A stretch of DNA of 32,000 nt from Vibrio alginolyticus NBRC 15630 = ATCC 17749. GTDB lineage: Bacteria > Pseudomonadota > Gammaproteobacteria > Enterobacterales > Vibrionaceae. The position numbers were made by a program, and so were the translations under genes. Under the pieces are notes generated by a model. It saw only the letters and a program-made list of their open reading frames with translations, did not search any database and was not told the origin of the DNA. The stretch spans positions 1,050,001 to 1,082,000 of the forward strand of contig NC_022359.1 of NCBI RefSeq assembly GCF_000354175.2, in the 5' to 3' direction. Positions 18,600-27,124 of this stretch are shown here, piece by piece (position 1 is the stretch's first letter; each line of letters opens with the position of its first letter).

Positions 18600-20648
18600 A
18601 TGTCACTATTTCATTCGCTTAGGACGATGCCGCTATTATTGGGGTGTCTGTGTTTTTCTGTTCAGGCATCCACAGAAAAGGTGGAACAGGAAGGTAAGTT
18701 TTTACAGTCGTTAGAAGGCATCGAAAATCAAATTTACGCATTACCTCAGAGTTCTTTAGCTTTGATTGAAGCGTTAGAAGAAGAGTCTTTACTACAAAAC
18801 CAACCAACAGCGCTGTTGGTGCGTTACTGGCTTGCCAAGGCCACGGTTTTAGAGCTGCTAGGGCGCTTAGAAGAGAGTCAGAGTGTCGTTCGAAAAGGAT
18901 TGGAGCTTGTGCGTCCACAGAGCCATGAGTATCTCCTGTTTAAGCTGATTCAGATGCGAACTATGGTTGGAAAGAGCGATATCGATACCGCGCTTTCTGC
19001 GTTGGATAGCTTGTTGGAAACATCGCGTGAGAATGGTGATAAGCAACTTGAATCAGAAATCCTGTTGCTAAAAGGACGCTATTACGATGAGCAAGGTGAG
19101 TTTAAAAAATCCTATGCTGCACTTATGTCGTCCATGGATGCGGCTGAATCTTCAGGTGTTCACGGGCTGGTCGAACGTGCAGCACTAGAGCTAGGTGACG
19201 TACTTGTCAAAATTCAGGGTTACGACCGATCTGAGGCGCTTTTGGAACAAGCATATCGCTATTTTAGGGATAGGCGTATGTCGTTCAATGAGTTGTTGAG
19301 CGTTTTGACGATAGCGAAACTTCATAAAGCACAGTTCCAATACGAAGAGGCGATAGCGTCATATCAGCGAGCGTTAAAGCTGGCTCAAATTATCGGTGAT
19401 GGACGCTTTAGATTTCGAGTTAACCTTGAACTTGCAGCTTTATATCGCGAGACGAATCAAGAAAAGAAGATGGTTAACCACTTGAAGCTGGCGGAGAATT
19501 TACAGTACAGAGAAACGTCTAGCGCGTATTTGGCAACATTTAAGTTGTTACAAGCCGAATATATGTTAGAGCAGCAGCAATTTGAAATACTTTTAGCGAT
19601 GATCGCACCAATGCTGCCGGAGATTATAGATAGTCGATACGTCAAGCAACAGCAAATGGAGCTACTAAAAGTCGCCGCTATGGCCTATGCGGGAAGCAAT
19701 GACTTTAAACTAGCATTCGAAACTTACGGTAACTATCACGATAAATTTATCCAATTTAGCAATCAAAGAGAAGTTGAAAATCTTGAGCGCCAGCAGACGT
19801 TATTTGAGTTGGAACGACTTGAATATGAAAACGAAGATCTCAATTGGAACAATGTGTTGCAGCGTATGGAGCTAGAAAATAACCGTCGTACTTTTTACTT
19901 ATTGGGTGAAGCGCTACTTGCGCTCATCGGTGTTCTATTTTTGATGGCGGTAGTATTTCTCGTCGTCAATCGCTCGCGTTTGAGAATGCGTCGCCTCGCA
20001 AAGACAGACACATTGACAGGGTTGTTCAATCGCCGTTTTTTAGAGGACTGGTTCACTATGCCAGTAGAAGTGAGGCGTGAGCGAAAAGAGAAACCGGTAC
20101 CTCAATCTAAGCAAGAAAAAATACAACACTTTGTTTTTGAGCAAGTCGAGCAAGTTAAGTACGGTTATCTAGCTTTAAATAAATGGGTAGATAGCAAACT
20201 CGATAAACAGAAAATGGTGCCAAATAAACCACAATCGGGGCCAGTAACTTTAGCGTTAATCGATGTGGATTATTTCAAGCAGGTAAATGATACCTATGGG
20301 CATGTGTTTGGAGATACCGTACTAACGGGCGTTGCCAAAGTGTTGGAGGAAACTGTACGTGAAAACGACATTGTTGCTCGCTTTGGTGGTGAAGAGTTTG
20401 TTGTTGTTATGCCCAATACAGACCATGAAAACGCCCTTATTACTGCCGAACGTTTACGTAGCGCTTTATCCCTACATGGCTTTGTTACGGAACAGAAAGA
20501 AGAAGTGAGAGTGACCTGTAGTTTTGGAGTCGTTACCACTGAAGATAATGAGATGAGCTTTAAATCACTTTGCGATCAGGCCGATAAATTGCTTTATCAA
20601 GCGAAAGCGAACGGACGCAACTGCGTGAAAGGTCGCTCGCTAGCGTAA
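18600..20648 (+). CDS. Membrane-anchored diguanylate cyclase: signal peptide, large helical/TPR-like periplasmic domain, coiled coil, TM helix, cytoplasmic GGDEF domain
   Basis: 682 aa. N-terminal signal sequence MPLLLGCLCFSVQA. Roughly 400 aa of helical repeats. One TM helix (FYLLGEALLALIGVLFLMAVVFLVV). GGDEF domain motifs are DTLTGLFNRR, IDVDYFKQVNDTYGH, an intact A-site GGEEF (20385-20399) and an I-site RxxD (REND, 20358-20369). Confidence 0.85.
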   Translation: MSLFHSLRTMPLLLGCLCFSVQASTEKVEQEGKFLQSLEGIENQIYALPQSSLALIEALEEESLLQNQPTALLVRYWLAKATVLELLGRLEESQSVVRKGLELVRPQSHEYLLFKLIQMRTMVGKSDIDTALSALDSLLETSRENGDKQLESEILLLKGRYYDEQGEFKKSYAALMSSMDAAESSGVHGLVERAALELGDVLVKIQGYDRSEALLEQAYRYFRDRRMSFNELLSVLTIAKLHKAQFQYEEAIASYQRALKLAQIIGDGRFRFRVNLELAALYRETNQEKKMVNHLKLAENLQYRETSSAYLATFKLLQAEYMLEQQQFEILLAMIAPMLPEIIDSRYVKQQQMELLKVAAMAYAGSNDFKLAFETYGNYHDKFIQFSNQREVENLERQQTLFELERLEYENEDLNWNNVLQRMELENNRRTFYLLGEALLALIGVLFLMAVVFLVVNRSRLRMRRLAKTDTLTGLFNRRFLEDWFTMPVEVRRERKEKPVPQSKQEKIQHFVFEQVEQVKYGYLALNKWVDSKLDKQKMVPNKPQSGPVTLALIDVDYFKQVNDTYGHVFGDTVLTGVAKVLEETVRENDIVARFGGEEFVVVMPNTDHENALITAERLRSALSLHGFVTEQKEEVRVTCSFGVVTTEDNEMSFKSLCDQADKLLYQAKANGRNCVKGRSLA

Positions 20649-20659
20649 CAGAAATCAAG

Positions 20660-20691
20660 AGTTCAGGCTCATCGCACGATGAATCTGAACT
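20660..20691 (+). terminator. Compound stem-loop immediately after the GGDEF gene (candidate terminator, poor U-tract)
   Basis: AGTTCAG (20660-20666) pairs with CTGAACT (20685-20691). An inner stem TCATC/GATGA surrounds the loop GCAC. TTATCCC follows. Confidence 0.45.
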
Positions 20692-20714
20692 TATCCCTCC
20701 CATTTACTTTGATA

Positions 20715-20782
20715 GCCAAGTGACTTTGAGATCCTTGCTTCGAATATAAAACGCTGAATCTAACATCTTAAAGTCACTTGGC
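20715..20782. repeat. 18-bp near-perfect inverted repeat (17/18 Watson-Crick, 1 G-T) with a 32-nt spacer
   Basis: GCCAAGTGACTTTGAGAT (20715-20732) against ATCTTAAAGTCACTTGGC (20765-20782), checked base by base. The only non-Watson-Crick pair is G20728/T20769. Confidence 0.9.
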
Positions 20783-21210
20783 GATATTACTTAAAAATGG
20801 CTTAAGGATATCGAATCGCATATTCATGGCGTTCAACATAACCTCTCTTTTTGCCTCCTTCACCTTCAAAGTGCGAATGCCACTTGTGTCTACAAAACTA
20901 TAACAAACTAGTGTGTCTATTCTTTGTACAAATAAACCGTGTACAGGTGAAATGATTAGTGGTCGATATAAATTTTTTGTGGCACAGATTTTTGTTGTTC
21001 AAAAATCAACTCGTTCATCATCGTTTTAAAAATAGAGAAAGATTTAAGTGTTTGATTTTGTTTTTCTTGTTTGTTTGTTCTTAAACTGAAATCTAGTTAT
21101 CCCGACAAGTTCTTACCGAGCGATTTTTCGTACACCCTCAACTTTTCATCCTTTTTTACTAACATTTTTCTTTAAAAATAATTTGAGTTCGAATTAATTT
21201 TCAGGCATTT

Positions 21211-21235
21211 TATATTTAACTAACCGTTCAATTAA
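21211..21235 (+). promoter_or_regulatory. Candidate betI promoter -10 element plus an imperfect 20-bp palindrome (possible BetI operator)
   Basis: TATATT (21211-21216) is followed by TTAACTAACCGTTCAATTAA (21216-21235), whose half-sites match 7/10. It ends 18 nt upstream of the betI ATG and contains a CGTTCAAT core. Confidence 0.4.
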
Positions 21236-21253
21236 AAATAACAGGGACGCAAA

Positions 21254-21853
21254 ATGCCAAAGGTGGGGATGCCTGAAATCAGAAAACCGCAGCTTGTGAA
21301 AGCGACAATGTCAGTGATTGATAGAGTCGGTTTACACGCGGCGAGTATTTCGTTAATCAGCAAAGAAGCCGGTGTATCAACGGGGATTATCAACCACTAT
21401 TTCGGTGGTAAGCACGGATTGCTGGAGGAAACGATGCGAGAAATCTTGCGTCAGCTTTCGTCCACTATCACACAGAAGTTACGTGAGCTGCCAAGTGATG
21501 CTCATCACCAAAGAATTAATGCAATCATTGACGGTAACTTTGTCGGCTATCAGGCAGAAAACCAAGTTGCTAAGACTTGGCTGGCGTTTTGGTCGTACTC
21601 AATGCATGACGAGCAGCTCAAGCGTTTACAGCGTGTCAACGAACGACGTCTATTGTCCCACCTAAGAAAAGAACTCAAAGCATTATTAAATGCAGAGCAG
21701 GCTGAATTGGTTGCTCATGGTATTGCATCACTTATTGATGGAATTTGGCTGCGCGGAACGCTCAACCCGCAAGGCATTGATGCAGAAAGAGCGAGAATCA
21801 TCATCAACGATTATCTCGAAAAACAACTTACGTTTTATTCTGAAAAAATATAA
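21254..21853 (+). CDS. betI: TetR-family choline-responsive repressor BetI
   Basis: The N-terminus [18 protein letters not shown]...[26 protein letters not shown] is collinear with my recollection of E. coli BetI (MPKLGMQSIRRRQLIDAT...[12 protein letters not shown]). It is the first gene of the bet cluster. Confidence 0.9.
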   Translation: MPKVGMPEIRKPQLVKATMSVIDRVGLHAASISLISKEAGVSTGIINHYFGGKHGLLEETMREILRQLSSTITQKLRELPSDAHHQRINAIIDGNFVGYQAENQVAKTWLAFWSYSMHDEQLKRLQRVNERRLLSHLRKELKALLNAEQAELVAHGIASLIDGIWLRGTLNPQGIDAERARIIINDYLEKQLTFYSEKI

Positions 21854-21871
21854 AAGTTACAGGTCTTCAAA

Positions 21872-23332
21872 ATGGAAATGAAAGCACACTATATCAATGG
21901 TGCGATGTACGACGGGTGTTCAGATGAACACTTCACCACTTACAATCCGGCGAATGGTGAGCCATTGGCCAACATTAAACAAGCGAACCAAGACGATCTT
22001 CAAGCAGCGATTGAATCGGCAAAAAAAGGTTTTGCTGCATGGTCGGCGATGACTGCGATTGAGCGCAGCCGTATTTTACACAAAGCCGTTGCCATTTTAC
22101 GTGAGCGTAATGACGAGTTGGCTGCATTGGAAGTGGCAGATACTGGTAAGCCCATTCAAGAAGCTATCGCGGTTGATGTCACAACAGGTGCCGATGTTCT
22201 TGAGTACTACGCTGGCCTTGCTCCAAGTCTACAAGGTGAACAGCAGCCGCTCAGCGACGATCAGTTTTTCTATACACGTCGTGAGCCATTGGGCATTTGC
22301 GCGGGTATTGGCGCTTGGAATTATCCAATTCAAATTGCGATGTGGAAATCGGCGCCAGCACTGGCTGCGGGCAACGCAATGATCTTCAAGCCATCAGAAG
22401 AAACACCATTAACGGCGCTTAAGCTCGCCGAAATTTATTCAGAAGCGGGCATGCCAGATGGCGTATTTAATGTCGTGCAAGGGGATTACCGAGTAGGACA
22501 GATGCTAACGGCGCATCCTGATATCGCAAAAGTTTCATTCACGGGTGAGTCAGGCACCGGTAAAGTCGTCATGAGTGACAGCGCTAAGACACTAAAACAA
22601 GTAACGATGGAGCTTGGTGGTAAGTCTCCACTGATTATTTTTGATGATGCGAAGTTAAACGATGCCGTTTCTGCGGCCATGGTGGCGAACTTCTACACCC
22701 AAGGTGAGGTTTGTACGCACGGTACACGTGTATTTGTCCATGAAGGTATTTATGACGACTTTATCGCACAGCTTAAAGCCCGAACCGACCTGTTAGTCGT
22801 CGGCGATCCGCTTGATGAGAACACGCAAATTGGCGCGCTAATCTCTAAAGATCATGAATCGAAAGTTCTAGGAGCGATTGAAGCCGCGAAAGCGAGTGGC
22901 GCGACGTTACTCACTGGCGGCTACAAAGTAACAGACAATGGCCTAGCTAATGGTAACTTTGTTGCTCCAACCGTATTTGTCGATTGCGATGATGACATGA
23001 GCCACGTTCAACAAGAAATCTTTGGCCCGGTAATGTCAGTCCTAAAATTCCGCGATGAGTCGGAAGTGATTGCGCGTGCAAATGGCACAGATTATGGCTT
23101 AGCGGCAGGTGTATTTACTCAAAACCTATCTCGTGCGCACCGTGTGATCCATCAAATTCAAGCGGGTATTTGTTGGGTGAACACATGGGGTGACTCACCT
23201 GCAGAAATGCCAGTTGGCGGCTACAAGCAATCAGGTGTTGGCCGTGAAAACGGAGTTGAGACCCTTAAGCATTACACACAAACGAAGAGTGTTCTGGTTC
23301 AGCTAAGCGACTTCGAAAGCCCTTACAAATGA
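21872..23332 (+). CDS. betB: Betaine-aldehyde dehydrogenase
   Basis: 486 aa aldehyde dehydrogenase ([10 protein letters not shown], catalytic Cys context [10 protein letters not shown]) in bet operon context. ATG 21878 is an alternative start. Confidence 0.9.
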   Translation: MEMKAHYINGAMYDGCSDEHFTTYNPANGEPLANIKQANQDDLQAAIESAKKGFAAWSAMTAIERSRILHKAVAILRERNDELAALEVADTGKPIQEAIAVDVTTGADVLEYYAGLAPSLQGEQQPLSDDQFFYTRREPLGICAGIGAWNYPIQIAMWKSAPALAAGNAMIFKPSEETPLTALKLAEIYSEAGMPDGVFNVVQGDYRVGQMLTAHPDIAKVSFTGESGTGKVVMSDSAKTLKQVTMELGGKSPLIIFDDAKLNDAVSAAMVANFYTQGEVCTHGTRVFVHEGIYDDFIAQLKARTDLLVVGDPLDENTQIGALISKDHESKVLGAIEAAKASGATLLTGGYKVTDNGLANGNFVAPTVFVDCDDDMSHVQQEIFGPVMSVLKFRDESEVIARANGTDYGLAAGVFTQNLSRAHRVIHQIQAGICWVNTWGDSPAEMPVGGYKQSGVGRENGVETLKHYTQTKSVLVQLSDFESPYK

Positions 23333-23513
23333 TACTACTCATAGTAGATAACTGACCACTTTAGCTTGTTAAAATGCTCGATAACTACGTTGTCAATTTT
23401 GATTGTAGGTTAACTACTTATCGAAAATTTCCGCCTTGTTCTCAAGCATTTTTCCTACGCTAATTTCGTTCACTTATCTAGGGTGATTAGTATTAACTCC
23501 TAGGAGAATAAAA

Positions 23514-25229
23514 ATGCAACAACACTACGATTACATCATCGTCGGTGCGGGTTCGGCCGGCTGTGTGTTAGCGGATCGCTTAAGTGAAAGTGGTCAAAAT
23601 TCGGTCCTATTACTCGAAGCGGGTGGGTCGGATAAAAGTATTTTTATCCAAATGCCAACAGCGCTTTCTTACCCGATGAACACTGAAAAATACGCGTGGC
23701 AGTTTGAGACGGTTGAAGAGCAAGGGTTGGATGGTCGCCAACTTCATTGTCCTCGCGGAAAAGTTCTGGGCGGTAGCTCATCTATCAACGGCATGGTTTA
23801 CGTTCGCGGACACGCTTGTGACTTTGACCAGTGGGAAGAGGAAGGCGCGAAAGGCTGGAATTATCAGTCGTGTTTGCCTTATTTCCGTAAAGCAGAGTCT
23901 TGGATTGGTGGTGCTGATGAATATCGGGGCGATCACGGTCCAGTCGGCACATGTAACGGCAACGATATGAAGCTCAATCCACTGTACCAAGCTTTTATTG
24001 ATGCAGGCAAAGAAGCGGGCTACCCAGAAACAAAAGATTACAACGGTTATCAGCAAGAGGGCTTTGGCCCAATGCATATGACCGTCGACAAAGGCGTACG
24101 CGCTTCGACCTCTAATGCATACTTAAGCCGCGCTAAAAAACGCAAAAACTTCACCCTAATGAAGAGGGTGACGGTTCATCGAGTTTTATTAGAAGAAACT
24201 GGTTCAGAAGGAAAGAAAGCGGTAGGCGTTGAATTTGAAAAGTCAGGTTCAATTCAGCAATGTTTTGCGAATAATGAAGTGATTTCGAGTGCGGGTTCGG
24301 TTGGCTCCGTTCAGCTGTTGCAGCTTTCAGGCATTGGCCCTAAGGCAGTATTAGAAAAAGCGGGCATTGAGGTGAAACACTCGTTGGAGGGGGTAGGTAA
24401 AAACCTGCAAGATCACTTAGAAGTGTACTTCCAATATCACTGTAAGCAACCTATCACGCTCAACAGCAAATTAGGTTTGGTGAGCAAGGGCTTGATTGGT
24501 ACTGAGTGGATATTAACTCGCAAAGGCCTTGGTGCTACTAACCACTTTGAATCGTGTGCGTTTATCCGCTCTCGAGAAGGGCTAAAGTGGCCAAATATTC
24601 AATATCACTTCTTGCCAGCGGCAATGCGTTATGACGGGCAAGCTGCTTTTGATGGTCATGGTTTCCAAGTGCACGTTGGACCTAACAAGCCAGAAAGTCG
24701 CGGGTCGGTCGAAGTTGTCTCTGCGAATCCGAATGATAAGCCGAAGATTGAGTTTAACTACATTTCCACTGAACAAGATAAGCAGGATTGGCGTGATTGT
24801 ATTCGCCTTACTCGCGAGATCCTCAATCAGCCAGCCATGGATGAGTTTCGTGGGGATGAGATCCAACCCGGTCTGAACATCACAACGGATGAACAGATTG
24901 ATGAATGGGTGAAGCAAAACGTCGAGAGTGCTTACCATCCATCTTGTACCTGCAAAATGGGCGCAGATAATGACCCATTAGCCGTCTTAAATGAGCGATG
25001 CCAAGTACGCGGTATTCAAGGCTTGCGTGTGGTGGACTCTTCTATTTTCCCAACCATTCCGAACGGTAATTTAAATGCGCCAACGATTATGGTGGCAGAA
25101 CGCGCCGCGGATATGATTTTGGATAACGCCCTAGAAACGTCGAACAACGTACCAGTTTGGATTGCACCGGACTGGCAAGAGATGCAACGAATGCATCCGC
25201 CAAAAAGAGATCTCGATTCGATCTCATAA
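23514..25229 (+). CDS. betA: Choline dehydrogenase (GMC oxidoreductase)
   Basis: FAD-binding N-terminus [20 protein letters not shown] and a GMC C-terminal region (HPSCTCKMG). RBS is AGGAG, 7 nt upstream. Confidence 0.92.
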   Translation: MQQHYDYIIVGAGSAGCVLADRLSESGQNSVLLLEAGGSDKSIFIQMPTALSYPMNTEKYAWQFETVEEQGLDGRQLHCPRGKVLGGSSSINGMVYVRGHACDFDQWEEEGAKGWNYQSCLPYFRKAESWIGGADEYRGDHGPVGTCNGNDMKLNPLYQAFIDAGKEAGYPETKDYNGYQQEGFGPMHMTVDKGVRASTSNAYLSRAKKRKNFTLMKRVTVHRVLLEETGSEGKKAVGVEFEKSGSIQQCFANNEVISSAGSVGSVQLLQLSGIGPKAVLEKAGIEVKHSLEGVGKNLQDHLEVYFQYHCKQPITLNSKLGLVSKGLIGTEWILTRKGLGATNHFESCAFIRSREGLKWPNIQYHFLPAAMRYDGQAAFDGHGFQVHVGPNKPESRGSVEVVSANPNDKPKIEFNYISTEQDKQDWRDCIRLTREILNQPAMDEFRGDEIQPGLNITTDEQIDEWVKQNVESAYHPSCTCKMGADNDPLAVLNERCQVRGIQGLRVVDSSIFPTIPNGNLNAPTIMVAERAADMILDNALETSNNVPVWIAPDWQEMQRMHPPKRDLDSIS

Positions 25230-25265
25230 AATGAAAAAGTCAGTAATCATTACAAGGAATTCAAC

Positions 25266-26204
25266 ATGTCTAAGATGACAAAAATCTTCTCAACAATTGC
25301 ACTAAGTACTTTAGCAACAGGCGCTTACGCCAACCAATGTGAAACGGTTCGTTTCGCAGATGTAGGTTGGACTGACATCACAGCGACCACTGCCGTTACA
25401 TCAGAGTTACTTAAAGGGTTGGGGTACAAAACGAAGACCGATCTTCTGTCTGTGCCTGTAACTTACTCCTCTATGGCTAATGGCGATATCGACATTTTCC
25501 TAGGTAACTGGATGCCAACGATGGAAGGTGATATCGCGAAATACCGTGATGCAGGTACTGTTGAAACCGTACGCGCGAACCTCGTTGGCGCAAAGTACAC
25601 GCTAGCGGTTCCAAAATACGTTTATGACGCAGGCGTAACCAACTTCGCTGACCTAGTAAAACATGCCGACAAATTTAAAGACCGCATTTACGGCATTGAA
25701 CCAGGAAACGATGGCAACCGCTTAATTCAGTCAATGATTGATAGCAACGCATTCGGCCTAAAAGATTTCAGCCTAGTTGAGTCCAGTGAAGCTGGCATGG
25801 TGTCTCAAGTATCACGTGCCGCACGCCGCAATCAATGGATTGTGTACCTAGGTTGGGCGCCGCACCCAATGAATAGTAACGTTGAAATGGAATATCTAGC
25901 GGGTGGTGATGACTTCTTCGGTCCTAACTACGGCGGCGCGAACGTCTACACAAACGTACGTAAAAATTACCTCGCTGAGTGTCCAAATGTAGGTCAGCTA
26001 GTGAAAAATCTAGAGTTTAACCTAGAAATGGAAAATGAACTGATGGAAGCGATTCTTAACCAGAAACAGAAGCCATCAAAAGCAGCGCAAGCATGGTTGA
26101 ATGCAAACCAAGAGCAAATTGCAGCGTGGCTAGAAGGCGTGAAAACGGTGGATGGCCAAGATGCGCTAACAGCTATTACAAACTACTTAAAAACAAACGC
26201 TTAA
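25266..26204 (+). CDS. proX: Glycine betaine/choline ABC transporter substrate-binding protein (OpuAC/ProX family)
   Basis: 312 aa with a signal peptide (IFSTIALSTLATGAYA) and an OpuAC-type fold (ADVGWTDITATTA, NWMP, YGIEPGNDGN). Confidence 0.85.
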   Translation: MSKMTKIFSTIALSTLATGAYANQCETVRFADVGWTDITATTAVTSELLKGLGYKTKTDLLSVPVTYSSMANGDIDIFLGNWMPTMEGDIAKYRDAGTVETVRANLVGAKYTLAVPKYVYDAGVTNFADLVKHADKFKDRIYGIEPGNDGNRLIQSMIDSNAFGLKDFSLVESSEAGMVSQVSRAARRNQWIVYLGWAPHPMNSNVEMEYLAGGDDFFGPNYGGANVYTNVRKNYLAECPNVGQLVKNLEFNLEMENELMEAILNQKQKPSKAAQAWLNANQEQIAAWLEGVKTVDGQDALTAITNYLKTNA

Positions 26205-26238
26205 TAAGCAGTATTTGAGCTCGTTTTTTTAAAAGAAA

Positions 26239-26256
26239 GTGGGCAGTTTTGCCCGC
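26239..26256 (+). other. Small GC hairpin in the proX-proW spacer
   Basis: GTGGGCA-GTTT-TGCCCGC forms 7 pairs including one G-U. It is preceded by a T7 run and followed by TTCATT. Confidence 0.4.
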
Positions 26257-26279
26257 TTCATTAACACAAAGGTTTTATT

Positions 26280-27122
26280 TTGAATTTTATTACGGACAAC
26301 AAACTACCGTTGGGCCAATGGATGGAAACTGGCGTCGATTGGTTAACCATCAATGCATCGGGTTTTTTCGATGCAATCTCTATTACACTTGAAACGATCA
26401 TTCTTTTCGTGGTGGACATTTTTAAATGGATGCCACCTGCAGCGCCAATCATTATGACGGCGGCAATTGCTTGGTTCTTACATCGCAGCATTCCTCTTGT
26501 CGTATTTATCGTGTTGGCCTTACTCGCAATTCTCAACCTTGGTTACTGGCAAGAAATGCTGGAAACCTTTGTCCTTGTGTTTGCAGCGACAACGATTTCC
26601 GTATTAATTGGCGTGCCGTTGGGCATTATGGCGGCGCACCGTCCTTGGTTATACACCTTGTTGCGGCCAATACTCGATTTAATGCAGACCGTACCGACAT
26701 TCGTTTACCTAATTCCAACCTTGGTTCTGTTTGGCTTAGGTATTGTCCCTGGTCTAATCTCGACCATCATTTTCGCTATCGCTGCACCCATTCGATTGAC
26801 GTACCTCGGCATTATTAAAGTGCCGGAGGAGCTACTTGAAGCGGGTAAAGCATTTGGTGCCAGCCGCATGAAGCTACTGTTTAAGGTGGAGTTACCTGCG
26901 GCATTGCCAAGTATTATGGCTGGCGTTACGCAGTGCATTATGTTGTCTCTGTCTATGGTAGTCATTGCGGCGCTTGTTGGTGCTGATGGACTTGGTAAAC
27001 CAGTCGTACGCGCACTGAATACGGTAAACATCTCGCAAGGTTTTGAAGCTGGTTTAGCGATTGTACTCGTTGCCATCATTCTTGATCGCTTGTGTAAAGC
27101 ACCAAACCAGAAGGAGGCATAA
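26280..27122 (+). CDS. proW: Glycine betaine/proline ABC transporter permease
   Basis: 280 aa multi-TM permease with a binding-protein-dependent transport signature region (EAGKAFGASRMKLLFKVELPAALPSIMAG). A TTG start at 26280 is the only start codon between the in-frame stop (26262) and the family-conserved KLPLGQW segment. AAAGG lies 7 nt upstream. Confidence 0.85.
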   Translation: MNFITDNKLPLGQWMETGVDWLTINASGFFDAISITLETIILFVVDIFKWMPPAAPIIMTAAIAWFLHRSIPLVVFIVLALLAILNLGYWQEMLETFVLVFAATTISVLIGVPLGIMAAHRPWLYTLLRPILDLMQTVPTFVYLIPTLVLFGLGIVPGLISTIIFAIAAPIRLTYLGIIKVPEELLEAGKAFGASRMKLLFKVELPAALPSIMAGVTQCIMLSLSMVVIAALVGADGLGKPVVRALNTVNISQGFEAGLAIVLVAIILDRLCKAPNQKEA

Positions 27123-27124
27123 TC

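Noticed and set aside
18600-20648. Interpreting the GGDEF locus as a horizontally acquired island
   Set aside because: The only support is AT-richness judged by eye and the long flanking spacers. There are no flanking direct repeats, mobility genes or a tRNA, so it is reported as a low-interest observation rather than a call.
20774-20839. 21-codon minus-strand ORF (MLNAMNMRFDILKPFLSNIAK) ending in the right arm of the 18-bp inverted repeat, with GGAGG upstream; also 25-codon plus-strand ORFs at 20826 and 20952
   Set aside because: Shine-Dalgarno spacing is poor: GGAGG is 14 nt away and AGAGAGG is 2 nt away. The peptide has no hydrophobic or toxin-like character, and ORFs this short are expected by chance in 600 bp. 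It is kept only as a possibility under the inverted-repeat finding.
20980-20995. TGGCAC motif suggesting a sigma-54 (-24/-12) promoter upstream of betI
   Set aside because: The -12 element is missing. The position 12 nt after the GG reads TG within TTTTTGT, not the conserved GC of TTGC.
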